NCBI GenBank assembly: GCA_009914755.4
Contig: CP068257.2
Span: 23,168,001-23,232,000, forward strand
Source of the DNA: the human T2T-CHM13v2.0 reference genome, Homo sapiens
Direction of reading: 5' to 3'
Length of the DNA stretch: 64,000 nucleotides
Both the position numbers and the translations under genes were made by a program. The notes below the pieces were generated by a model, which made no database searches, had not been told where the DNA came from, and was given only the letters and a program-made list of their open reading frames with translations. Below, one piece after another: positions 52,717 through 64,000 of the stretch (its first letter is position 1; the number at the start of each line of letters is the position of its first letter).

Positions 52717-55700
52717 GTATGACTGTTGAAAAGTAGGAATGAGAAATGGGACTGTCAAAACAAGTTAGTTGTCCATTCTCAGACACACTGAGTTGACTTT
52801 CGATGTGTTGTAATGTAAACCGTCCAGAGCATATCCCTAAGCAGTGGAATAATATCACAGATTTTATGTTCTACAATCCCTCACTGATGAAAAATCTACC
52901 TTTTTGTGTGTGTATGTTTGTTTGTTTGTTTGTTTATCTAAAGGCCAAATAAATAAGTCATAGTCCACCTATTTTTCTGCCCCCGTCCTATAAGTGATCA
53001 GACTCAAACTTACGGAAAGAAACTCTAATGGTCTCATTTGTTTTTAGAGCTGGTACTGAGCTCATTTATTTTATTTATTTTACTTAAATAAATGGAAATA
53101 CTGGTGTCTATTTAAAGCACAACTGGACAAACCTCTGGAAACATTTTCTTGTTACTCCAAAAATGTACAATAAAACACTATAATACAAAATGCATTATTA
53201 ATAACACACAGATGTCCTGAATATTTCCTTTAGAGTTTTCAATTAATGTACCGTGGTTTCAAGTTGCAATTATTGTACAGTGCAGAGTGAAGGGAATGCT
53301 CATTGTGATCAGTTCTTTCTCTGTTCTTTAGTCAAAGGCAAAGCACTCTGTAATAAAAGCAACAATATTTCCTTAAATTTGATGTGAGTGTTGGGTCTAG
53401 GGACAATTATAAATTCAATTTGAAAAGGCATATTCTTTAATATCTGGTATTTAATGACTGGAACTATTTCTGTCCGGTGTACAATAAATGACATTTCATG
53501 CTAACCAAATGTCTGAGTTTTCTTTTTGTTAACATTGGTCAATATAGAGCTGTTTTTAATAATAAATGTAGTTTATGACCCCTCATAATTTTACCTATAA
53601 CCCTTAGGTTTTAAAAAGGTAAGGTTAAATTCAGAATATTTTAATATTTTTATAATTATTCTGTTTTTTACTACATGTAAAATACATTGTATACAATTGT
53701 ATAAAACATAATCTAAGAAACTGAACATCCAACAGATTTCCCTTCTTCTTATTTTACAGGTTTTGTTTTGTTAACGTTGGTTCCTGCAAAATCTATATTT
53801 TGAAATGCTTTATTTAATACTTTGGGTTCTTGGGCCAAACTAAAACTGAAATAGCTTCTTTTAAAATACATTTTATTGCAATATAATATTATATTGAAAA
53901 TATGATCACATAGAAATATGGAGAGCTTCCCAATTTATTTAATGGGCTAGTATAAGTCCAATATTAAAAAACAGCTGGCTCAAAAATGAAAAGTAAGAAG
54001 GATATAACTTTCTTATTGTATATTTGCAAATAGAATTTATCACTGTGTTAAAAAGATTACTGTGCCATTAGGGTTTCTAATGTAAAATGGTAATTTCACA
54101 TTAGAAAACTTATTATCTAACTCAGTAGATTTTAAGGAAAAATCTATTAATCTTTTGGGGTTACAAAAGCCAATAGAAGCAACAAAAAAATAAAGTTTGA
54201 TGCATCTTCACAATAAAATTACTTGTGGATTTGAAATAGAACAAAATTTCTTTATCTTCATATGTTTGAAAAGATATATTAATAAAAGCCCTAAATTAAA
54301 CATGATCATTAATATTGAATATGCTAAATGTCCCCATTGAAAATAGAAAGAAGCATGAGGGCTCATTGTCACATAAACTATTTATCTTTTACTGAATCTT
54401 AATCAACACAATCCATAAAGGCAGTAAAACATAAACAACATATTGCAAAAGAAAAACAAACCCTTATTATTTCCAAACTGTACTATTTCCAAGCAAGATA
54501 AAACCCAAATAGTAAAAAACAAAAAACAGAATAGTTTAGCAAGACGACTAAGTAAAAAATCAATTTACAAGAAAACAATTGCCTTACCCTCTATGAGAAA
54601 TGGCATTTAGAACAAAATAAGTACAATGACTTAATTTGCAATGGCAGCATGATCAAAACATACCCAGGAATATGCTTGTCAAGATTTGCGAATTTTTTAA
54701 AGGACATAATAACAGCCATCAATTATATTCTGTGAGGTGGAAGAGGTGTTATGCTATTCAGAAAAGGGCTTTAGTCCCAGTTGTTTGGAGAGCTCTAGGC
54801 AGCTTTCAGCTGTCAGGTGCCTCAGCTAGAGAGAAACAGCTTATTAAAAGTCCTGCCTTTTACAGAGTGGCCCATATCAAATTGCTGATTGATAGAGGCA
54901 TTGGTAAAAACACTTAGCTATTTTAGACCACTATGGGACAATATGGTGGGTGGTTGGTTTTAACTCCAGAGTTCCCAGTGCACTTTGCCAAAGTTTTCAT
55001 GGAGTCTGTATGAGAGCTTGATTTCTCCTTCTGCCTAATCCTGATTTTTTATCCTCCCTTCCACATGTTCATATCCCAAAGGCGCTATCTAATAAAGTAT
55101 CCTGCACACTACTTACCACCTCGGTTGGTGTCTTCTTCCTAGAGAATCCAACTTGCAATACTGGGTGCCAAGAGTGGTCCAAGATATCAGGCAGTAAGAT
55201 AAAGTTTTAGACCTGAATTGTGATGACTAGTTGGTAAGAAGACTTCCATCAATGCTAGTAGGTAGAGCACAAATAGCCCTGGTAAAGGGTGAATTTCCAG
55301 TTGTTCAGGTGGTGATTTAAGTTGGCATGGGTCGAAAAAAATCTACTAGCCAGGAATTGGGTATGTTTGGCTAACCTCTGGTGAGTACTCTGGAACAATG
55401 GTTCTCAGAGTTTGAACCTGGAAATTTGTAAGAAATGCCAATAATCAAGTCTCACATTAAACACACTAACTTAACAGCTATGGAGGTGGGGCCCTGTGGT
55501 CCATGTTAGAGAAATGCCTACCAGATTATTCTGATATACTGCTTTATATGGCAATTAACAGGCATTTGAATGTCAATTTTACAAACTAGAAGTAACCTAA
55601 AATGAATCTATTATCTCCTGGAGCAGAAGAGCAGAAAAAGTAGACGCCAAGGCCCATGATTTTTTTGTCAATACAGACAGGAGAGCTAAACTCTAAGTTT

Positions 55701-55821
55701 AAGTAGTCATGCGGCTACAATGTCTAAATCTAGTCTGGAATGGAGACTTCTTGGCTGATGTTCCTGAAAACATTAAAACTTTATATTCCTGCCAATCTTC
55801 TGAGGCTGTAGAAGTGGCACA

Positions 55822-56050
55822 TTTTTTTTAAACTTTTACTTTAAGTTCAGGTGTACATGTGCATGTTTGTTACAGAGGTAAACTTGGGTCATGGGGATTT
55901 AGGTAGTAAACCCATGGGGGAATTAGGTAGTAAGGCTAATTCCCATTAGTTATTTTTCCTAATCCTCTCCCTCCTCACACCCTCCACCCTCCGATAGACC
56001 CCAGTGTATGTCATTCCCCTCCATGTGTCCATGTGTTCTCGTTTCTATTA
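55822..56050 (-). mobile_element. L1 3'-UTR fragment (antisense, ~225 bp)
   Basis: The fragment reads 'tttactttaagttcaggtgtacatgtgcatgtttgttacagaggtaaacttgggtcatgggg..taaggctaattcccattagttatttttcctaatcctctccctcctcacaccctccaccctccgatagaccccagtgtatgtcattcccctccatgtgtccatgtgttctcgtttc'. This is the reverse complement of the L1 3' UTR. It contains a small internal duplication 'ttaggtagtaa'. Confidence 0.9.
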
Positions 56051-57149
56051 AGGATTAGCATCTGCTTGTCAAGAACACAAGACAAGGAAGACAAAGTTCT
56101 GAAAAATACACCAATAAAGGAACAATGAGCCATTTTAAGATTCAGATAATTTATTATTTCCATAGACAGTGAAGGAAAGAGTGCCCAAAGGTGCTAGCTT
56201 CCCAGGGCGCTTGTACAAGACAACACTAAGGTAAAAGGGGAGAAAAATTCAACATGGGTGATAGAATGCCATTTGCTGAGGCCATTCTAGACTGCAACCA
56301 ACTTGTTTCATGGCCTGCAAGCTGCATCTCAAGAGGGACAGTAGAAATCTTCATGCTTCATCAGAAAATGGGAGGCAATGAAAACATCTCTCATGATCAT
56401 CTCTTTGGTAAATGGGGGAAGCAAGTGAGAAAATGGCCTTGTGGAAGCTTCTTATAAGCCTCACGTGCTCTTATGTTCCAAGAGAATCACAAGGTTTCAC
56501 ACCAAAACTCAGATCAGTGGTGGCTCAAGCCTTTTCCATGTGGCCTACATGGATACACACAAGACCATTGAGTGCTGTCATGGAGTTCTCACCCGCATCA
56601 CTGCCACTCCTTGTTGAAGACAATGCAAAGGCTTCTGCCTAGCAAGCCAATATGTACCCCCACCCTGAATCAAGATCCCACCCTGAATCCTGCTATTAGC
56701 CCTATTCCTTGGGTTAAGTAACAGCAAGACCAAGTTAGGGACATGGTCTCCCTCACGCCCTCTCCATAGGTATTGATCCCCAAAGTACTCCAAATTCAAT
56801 ATTCTGTATGTTGAACACTGTCTTAGGGTCTGCTTCATGGAGACTCAACTTTTGCCAGCAAGAGAACTATGAATCCAGTACATATTCTATTTATTCCCTG
56901 ATACATCTTTTGTACATAAACTCACGGAGATTTTAACTAGTCATAGTTGTAAAACTAGTAAATGATAAAGAAGTACAGACATTATGGAGTGGCTGCTTTT
57001 AACCACAATGCTAAAATGCCTCACTCTCTGAAAGATCTGTACATCAAAAAGGGTGAATTTTACTCAATAAAAATTTTACCTTAAGAAACAAAGAATGATA
57101 CTAAGTTAGTAAAGACATGAAACTAGTCTAACTGCTCTTCAATGGATGA

Positions 57150-57690
57150 CTGAATAATGGAAATATGGTGCACATATACACAACAGAATATCATTCAGCC
57201 TTTAAAAAGAAGAAATTCTTACCATTTGCAGCAACATGGATGAACTTGGAGGACATGATGCTAAGTGTACTAAGCCAAGCATAGAAAAACAAATGCCACA
57301 TGATCTAACTTATATGAAGAATCCAAAAGAGTTGAACTCACAGAAACAATGAGTAGAATGGTGGTTGCTGGGGCTGCTGGTTGGGGGAAATGGAAGATGT
57401 TGGCCAAAGGATACACAATTTCTGTTATAAAATTAATACATTCTGGCAACCTAATGTTCAGCATACTGTCTATAGCTAAAATAATGTATTGTACACTTGA
57501 AATTTGGTAAGAAAGTAGATCTTAAATGTTCTTACTACAAAAAATAGTAACTGTGAGGTGATTGGATATGTTAATTAGGTTGGTTGGGGTCACAATTTCA
57601 CAATGTATACATATATTAAATTGTCATGCTGCATACCTTAAATATATATAACTTTTATTTGTCATTAATATCTCAGTAAAGCTGAAAAAA
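57150..57690 (+). mobile_element. L1M-type (old) L1 3' end, sense
   Basis: The copy reads 'aatatggtgcacatatacacaacagaatatcattcagcctttaaaaagaagaaattcttaccatttgcagcaacatggatgaacttggaggacatgatgctaagtgtactaagccaagcatagaaaaacaaatgccacatgatctaacttatatgaag..agtagaatggtggttgctggggctg..aggttggttggggtcacaatttcacaatgtatacatatattaaattgtcatgctgcatacc'. This matches the L1M 3' consensus. Confidence 0.85.
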
Positions 57691-59679
57691 TAAAATCTAA
57701 AAAGAAAAGCTACAGTCCATATTGACACTAGCATAGAACAAGTGTGTTTTTCTGTTTAATAACAACTATGTCAGCATAAAATTTTCTCTGTGTAAATCCT
57801 GTCAATTTTTGTATGAGAGCAAGAACAGTAAATCAAGCATAAAATATCTCAGATTATTTATAGATTCTAAAATTCCCTTCCTGTTTTATATGCTCAATAA
57901 ACTAAATGTTTTTGTTGTCCATATGGGAGCCTTATGAAAACAAACTGAAGAACAGACTTAAGATGTTATCGACTGTAATGAATAACAATTACATATGGAC
58001 TCATTTGTAGAGTACTCCAAAAAATAAAGGTTACCAAGAAATATACTAAGTGTTTACATTTTTCTAAGAAATATACCAATAACTAATTTTCTATGTTCTG
58101 TCAAATTTTTAAAGAGGTAAATGAAAAATAAAAAAGAATAAAAGTAAGTGAATAAAATGACAGAAAGGAAATATTTGGGGGAAAAGATGAAATAAGAAAA
58201 ACAATGAGTTGATAACTATTGAAGCTGAATGATGGGCCCAGAGGATCATTGTACCATTTTGTCTGTTTTTGACTGGTTGAAACTTTCCACAATAAAAAAT
58301 TTAAAATACAATAGTAAATTGCAAATTATTAAAGTCAAGATGTATGAGAGAGAGAAAATGACAATACCTTTAAAGAAAAAAATCTAGAAAAATAATCATC
58401 TCTTGGTATAGAAATATCTTAAAAATATGATTAAAAAGCCATATTGACAGGATGATACAATTTACTTATTTAAAATTTTAATCATCTCTGTCAAAAAAAG
58501 AATAGAAAAACAATTATGAAAATTGACAACTTGAGGAAAAACTTGGTTCAATTATAAGGGACTTTTACTATTCATAATAAAAGGTTTCTAAAAACTAATA
58601 GATATATGACATCCAGTTAGAAAACTGGCCAAAGAATATTGAACAGAAAATATCCCGAAGAACATATCCAAGTTTGCATGTATACACCACAATGATGACA
58701 CTGGCTAATTCTGGGAAGGTAAATAAGATACATAAGGCGACTCAAGGGACATATTGGCATCTTCTGCAATTTTTACAAATGTTTTTAAAAAAATAATAAA
58801 ATTAATTTTGTTATTTAAGCAGTGTAATAAATATAATAAATATATTTATTATAAAAATAATACTATAGGTATGCAATTTTTATAATAAATAGGTGATTTA
58901 AAATTATATATATTTTAAAAATTGTACTAGTCTATAAAGATAATTTTGAAAAGTTCAATAACAAGAACCACAGATTTGATTTGTTTAAAAAACATAAATT
59001 ATAAACATTGGCTGATAATGTAGAACACCTACATTGTACTGAAAAATAAAAATGTCAAAGAGAAACCTACCCATAAAAACAAAAGTCACAGAAACACCCT
59101 CACCTATATCCCCAAGATCTCAGGTCCAGAGGCTTTTATGTGAGTATTTAAAAGTTAATAAAGAAGGGAAAATATTCATGGTATTCAGTGATCCTAGGAT
59201 TACATGATACAAATCCGCTCAATTACTCTTCTAAACTCAACTTAAAGACAAACATTTACAATGATAATATAATAAAATGTCTGGATTCATTTAATTTATT
59301 AAAGAGACATGCAAAAACCTGACATAATATACTATCAAATTTGGTTCAAATATATATTAAAAGGATAATCCATGGTGATGAGAAGGATTTGCTATAAGAA
59401 TGTAAAAATGACTTAGTGTTAGAAAATCTGGAAATACCGTGATACATTAAGTGTGGCGGTTAGGAGTTAAAATGAAAGTGACAGCTCAATTCTGATGCTA
59501 GTGACTAGAAATCCAAATTGTCAGGCAATCAGCAGTAACTCCAGACTCTGCTTACCTATAGTGCTAGAGACCTAAATATTGTCAGGATTGCCTTCATATG
59601 TTTGAGTTGTTGCAGGAATAAGTTTATAGATTTCAGTTATTTATGCCAGTAAAGAAAGCAGTTGCTGACACTGAAACAC

Positions 59680-59800
59680 AGATGCTCCTTGACTTATGAT
59701 AGGGTCACATCCAGATAAACCCACTGTAAGCTGAAAATTTCCTAAGTCAAAAATACGCTTAATAACCCAATAAATTCAACGCGAAGTTGAAAAATCATTA
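59680..59800. mobile_element. Tigger-type (pogo/TcMar) DNA transposon terminal fragment
   Basis: The fragment 'cagatgctccttgacttatgatagggtcacatccagataaacccactgtaagctgaaaatttcctaagtcaaaaatacgcttaataacc' matches the Tigger/MER44-like terminal 'cagatgctccttgacttacgatggggttacgtcccgataaacccatcgtaagttgaaaatatcgtaagtcgaaaatgcatttaatacacc' recalled from memory. Confidence 0.5.
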
Positions 59801-61436
59801 ACAAACCATTACAAGTTGGAGATTATCTGCTTACCTAAGGGTAAAAAATAGGATCGTGGAAATTATGCAGCATGTTAGTATGTAAATACTTTTTTCTTAA
59901 TCACAATCTTATTGCATAACACTTGAAAATCCCTTGGGTCAAACTACACAGGTTCAGCTATGTAATCAACACTTTACTTGATGTCCTAAGCTACTTAGAG
60001 TAAAATCTTAGAACCACTTGAAAAAAAAAAAAAAAAGTCATAGGCAGTTCATTCTGGAAAAAAGCAAAACCAGCTATTGAAATAAAGACACCAAGAGAAT
60101 TACTTAATACATTAATCATTCAACTTTCCCTTCTGTCTAGATCTGGTTTGTCAAGAATTGTGGAGGCTCTGAGATTTTAGTCTGTTTTCTATTGATAAAA
60201 TAACCTACCGCAATTTTATAGACACTGGCAGAGCCCATTAGAGTTTTTATTCACAACAATAGCAGTAAACAGATTAACATCTTTGCTTGGGTTGACTCAA
60301 TCCCAATTTTCACATGAATGATGGTCAGACGTGCCAGCACACGCAGTGAGGTGCGTTACTGGGGAAGAATATTAGGAAGATGTGATCTTATTAAAAGGGC
60401 TGTTAGCAAACCTGCCCAATCTCTAGAAGAAGAGTTATTTAATATTTATGATCCTGGAAGGTAACCAAATCTTCTCCAAAAGGGCACATTATCTTTACCT
60501 TCAAATTCTTCCAATAATGCCAACGGCATTCGAAAGATACCCTGGAGAAAATTTGCCGATAAATCTTTTGCCAGCAAGATGGGGCAGAAATATTAGAGAT
60601 CCATGAAGAATTGTCTTGGAATACAGACCCTTGCCTACCTTCATAAATAAATTTTTGTTGCAACAGAATCACACTCATTCACTTATGCATAGGCTGTGGC
60701 TACTTTTACATATCAACAGCACCGTTGAGCAGCTGCAACAGAGACTGTGTGGCACACAAAGGATAAAATATTACTATCCGAATTTTTAAAAACATATTGA
60801 TACATGTGTTAGAAAGCAGACTAAATATAAACAAGATCACAGCAATATAGAAAGGCTCCACATGTCTCACTGAAGTTTCCTTCTTTCCTGGTAGCATTAG
60901 CTAACTTAAAATATATAAGCCACTCTCACATAAATAAAGATCCAATATCAACTAAATCTGTGTTTTAGGAAGCCATAATCCTGGTTTGTATGAATATAAA
61001 TCTGAAAATCACATACACTTTTTCTATACTTTTCATGGCAAAGAATGTGTTCAATTTGTATTTCTAAATTTAAAAATAATTTAATTATATCTATTGTTAA
61101 CCTTTAAATTTTATAATTATAACTCAATTATTCTTTGATTTAATATCAATTATGATCTTTAAAATAAATAAAATGCAACAGTAAATTTTTTAAATATAGA
61201 AATAAATATATAATTCATTGTTAGATCTGTTGTAGAAAAATTGCTCCCCATTGTGCCAAGCCAATGGTGGTGCTACAGTGTTCTATAATAGGCAATTAAA
61301 AGTTCTTGTTGAACAAATTGATGTGTGTACCATAGGGTGACAAAGACTGTATTCATTGCAAAATGATGTTGCCCATACATCCATATCAATATGAAATTAA
61401 AATTAATTTAACAACTAAAATGTGCATATTTTAATA

Positions 61437-64000
61437 AATTATATCAACTTTTACTTTAGATGCAGGGAGTACATTTGCAGATTTGTTACATGAGCATATT
61501 GTGTGTGAGATTTGTGGTCTGGATGATCCTCTCACTCAGGTAGTGAACATAGCACCCATTAGGTAGTTTTTCAACCTTTACTCCCCTTTCTTCTTCTCCT
61601 TTCTAGTCGTCCCCAGTGTATGTTGTTGACATCTTTGCATCCATGAGTACCAAATGTTTATCTCCTACTTCTAAGTGAGAACATTTGTCTGTCACTGCGT
61701 TAATTCCTTTAGGATTATGGCCTCCAGCTACATTCATGTTGCTGCAAAAGACATAATTTCATTATTTTTTATAGCTGCCTAATATTCCATTATGTATATG
61801 TACCACATTTTCTTTATCCAATCCACTCAAGTTGATGAACACCTAGGCTGATTCCATGTCTTTGCTACTGTGAATAGTGTTGCAATGAGCATAGAAGTCT
61901 GTGTCTTTTTGGTAGAACCATTCATTTTCCTGTGTGTATATCCCCACTAGTGGGATTGCTGGGTCAAATGGTAGCTCTGTTTTAAGTTTTTTGAGAAAAT
62001 TCCAAACTGCTTTTCACAGTGGCTGAACTAATTTCCGTTCCTACCAACAGTATGTAGGTATCATCTTTTCTCTGCAGTCTCACAGGCCTCTGCATTTTTT
62101 GACATTTTAGTAACAGTCACTCTGACTGGTGGGAAATGGTATCTCCTTGCAATTTTGATTTGCATTTTACTGATGATTAATGATGTTGAACATTTTTTCA
62201 TATGTTTACTGGCCATGTGTATGCCATCTTTTGAGAAGTGTCTGTTCATGGCCTTTGCCCACTTTTTAATGGGGTTATTTGTTTTTTGTGTGTTTAATTG
62301 TTTAAGTTCCTTATAGATTCTGGATGTTAGACTTTTGTTGGATGCATAGGTTGTGAATATTTTCTCCCATTCCATGGGTTGTTTACTCTGTTGATAATTT
62401 CTTTTGCTGTGCAGAAGCACTTAATTAGGTCCCACTTGTCAATTTTTGGTTCTGTTGTCATTGCTCTTGAGGACAGTCATTACGACTTTTCCAAGGCCAA
62501 TGTTCTCAATGATATTTCCTACACTTTCTTCTGGGATTTTTATAGTTTGAGATTTTTCATTTAAATCTTTATATCTTTAACGCATTTTGAGTTATTTATT
62601 TAATGTGCTGAAAGGTAAAGATCTAGTTTCACTCTTCTGCTTGCTAGTTATTCCAGCACCATTTATTGAACTGGGGTTCTTTTCCTATTGCTTATTTTTG
62701 TCATCTTTTTCAAAAACCAGATGGTTCTGGGTGTCTGGCTTTATTTCTGAATTCTCTATTCTATTTCATTGGTCTATGTGTCTGTTTCTGTAACAGTAGT
62801 ATGCTGTTTTGATTACTGTAGCTTTATAGTATAGTTTGAAGTAGGCTAATGTGATGCCTCTGTCTTTGTTCTTTTTACTTAGGATTGCTTTGGCAATCTG
62901 GGCTCTTCTAATTCTGTGAAAAATTACGTTGGTAATTTGATAGAAACAACATTGGACCTGTAGAGTGCTTTGGTCAGTATGGTCACTAACAATATTGATT
63001 CTTTCAATCCATGAGCATGGGATATTTTTCCATTTGTTTGTGTCATCTATAATTTCTTTTAGCCATGTTTTGTAATTATCCTTGTAGAGATCTTTCACCT
63101 TCTTGGTTACATGTATTCCTAGGTATTTTGTGTGTGTAGCTGTTGTATATGTGATTGTGTTCTTGATTTCACTCTCAGCTTGAATGTTTCTGGTGTGTAG
63201 AAATGTTATGATTTTTGTACTCTTATTTTGTATCCTAAAACTTTACTCAAGTTGTTTATCAGTTCTAGGATTTTTTTTGGTAGAATCTATAGGATTTTCT
63301 AGGTATAGAATCATACTTTCAGTGAAGAAAGATAATTTGACTTCTTTTCTTATTTGGATGCCTTTTATTTCTTTCTCTTGCCTGACTGCTCTGACTAGGA
63401 CTTCCCATAGAATGTTGAATACCAGTGGTGAGAGTGGGCTTTCTTGTCTTATTTCTATTCTCAAAGGTAATGTTTCCAGCTTTTGCTCACTCAATATAAT
63501 GTTGGCTATAGATTTATCTTATATGGCTCTTATTGTTTTAGGTAAATTCCTTCAATGCCTAGTTTGTTGAGGTTTTTATCATGAAGGGATGTTCAGTTGT
63601 ATCAAAAGATTTTTTCTGCATCTATTGAGATGCTCACATGGTTTTTATTTTAAATTCTGTTTGCATGATGAATTACATTTATTGATTTTCACATGTTAAA
63701 TCAATTTTTCATCTCAAGAATAAAGCCTACCTGATTACAGCAAATTAACTTTTTGATATGCTGCTGGAATAGGTTTGCCTGTACTTTGTTCAGGATTTTT
63801 GCATCTATATTCAACAGGGATTTTGTCCAGTAGTTTTTTTGTGTGTCTTTGCCAGATTTTGGTATAATATTGAAGCTGCCTTTGTAGAATGATTTAGGGA
63901 GAAGTGCTTTCTTCTCAATTGTCGGGAATAGTTTCTGCAGAATTGGTACTAGCTTTTCTTTGTATGCCTAGAATAATTCAGCTATGGATCCATCTGGTAA
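61437..64000 (-). mobile_element. L1 (L1PA/PB-like) 3' ~2.6 kb, antisense, running off the window end; degraded ORF2 accounts for minus ORFs 62061-62420, 62766-63098 and 63243-63494
   Basis: The 3' UTR reverse complement is 'tttactttagatgcagggagtacatttgcagatttgttacatgagcatattg..'. The ORF2 peptides are '..[54 protein letters not shown]..', '..[29 protein letters not shown]' and '..[54 protein letters not shown]..', which is the RT domain. Confidence 0.95.

Noticed and set aside
54636-54917. 93-aa plus-strand ORF in non-repeat sequence
   Set aside because: It has no recognisable domain or motif and no splice-site or codon-bias support visible by eye. At this length a random ORF is expected in 64 kb. 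It is not called.
62061-63494. Minus-strand ORFs of 83-119 aa
   Set aside because: These are L1 ORF2p (RT and C-terminal) fragments of the antisense L1 at the window end. The ORF is not intact.

Overview
This 64-kb window is primate (almost certainly human) nuclear genomic DNA, not a prokaryotic locus. It is AT-rich and densely populated by interspersed repeats, which I recognised by eye from consensus-like sequence. There are at least 15 Alu/FLAM SINEs, most with readable target-site duplications (TSDs). There are about 12 L1 fragments of several ages, and ORF2 remnants account for several six-frame ORFs. There are five ERVL-MaLR (MLT1/MST-type) solo LTRs and three MIR copies. A roughly 1-kb LTR12 (HERV9/ERV9) solo LTR at 29094-30115 is the only CpG/GC-rich block. 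A MADE1 (Hsmar1) MITE is split by a nested Alu. DNA-transposon relics include a palindromic hAT-like element, a MER-like element and a Tigger-like terminal fragment. Several microsatellites are present, and a possible degraded gammaretrovirus-like ERV pol remnant lies near the 5' end. I found no convincing protein-coding exon, tRNA, rRNA or CRISPR array, and no gene cluster of the defence-system kind. The ORFs in the supplied track are almost all read-through of Alu, L1 or LTR12 sequence. The most interesting unexplained items are: a ~170-bp near-perfect hairpin palindrome (17117-17285); a 0.8-kb GC-rich, internally tandem-repeated segment embedded in an antisense L1 (35886-36700); two pairs of short dispersed duplicates; an L1 3' insertion whose target shows an extra 24-bp tandem duplication; and a head-to-head L1/L1 junction. 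All coordinates are approximate (about ±10 bp) because they were counted by eye.
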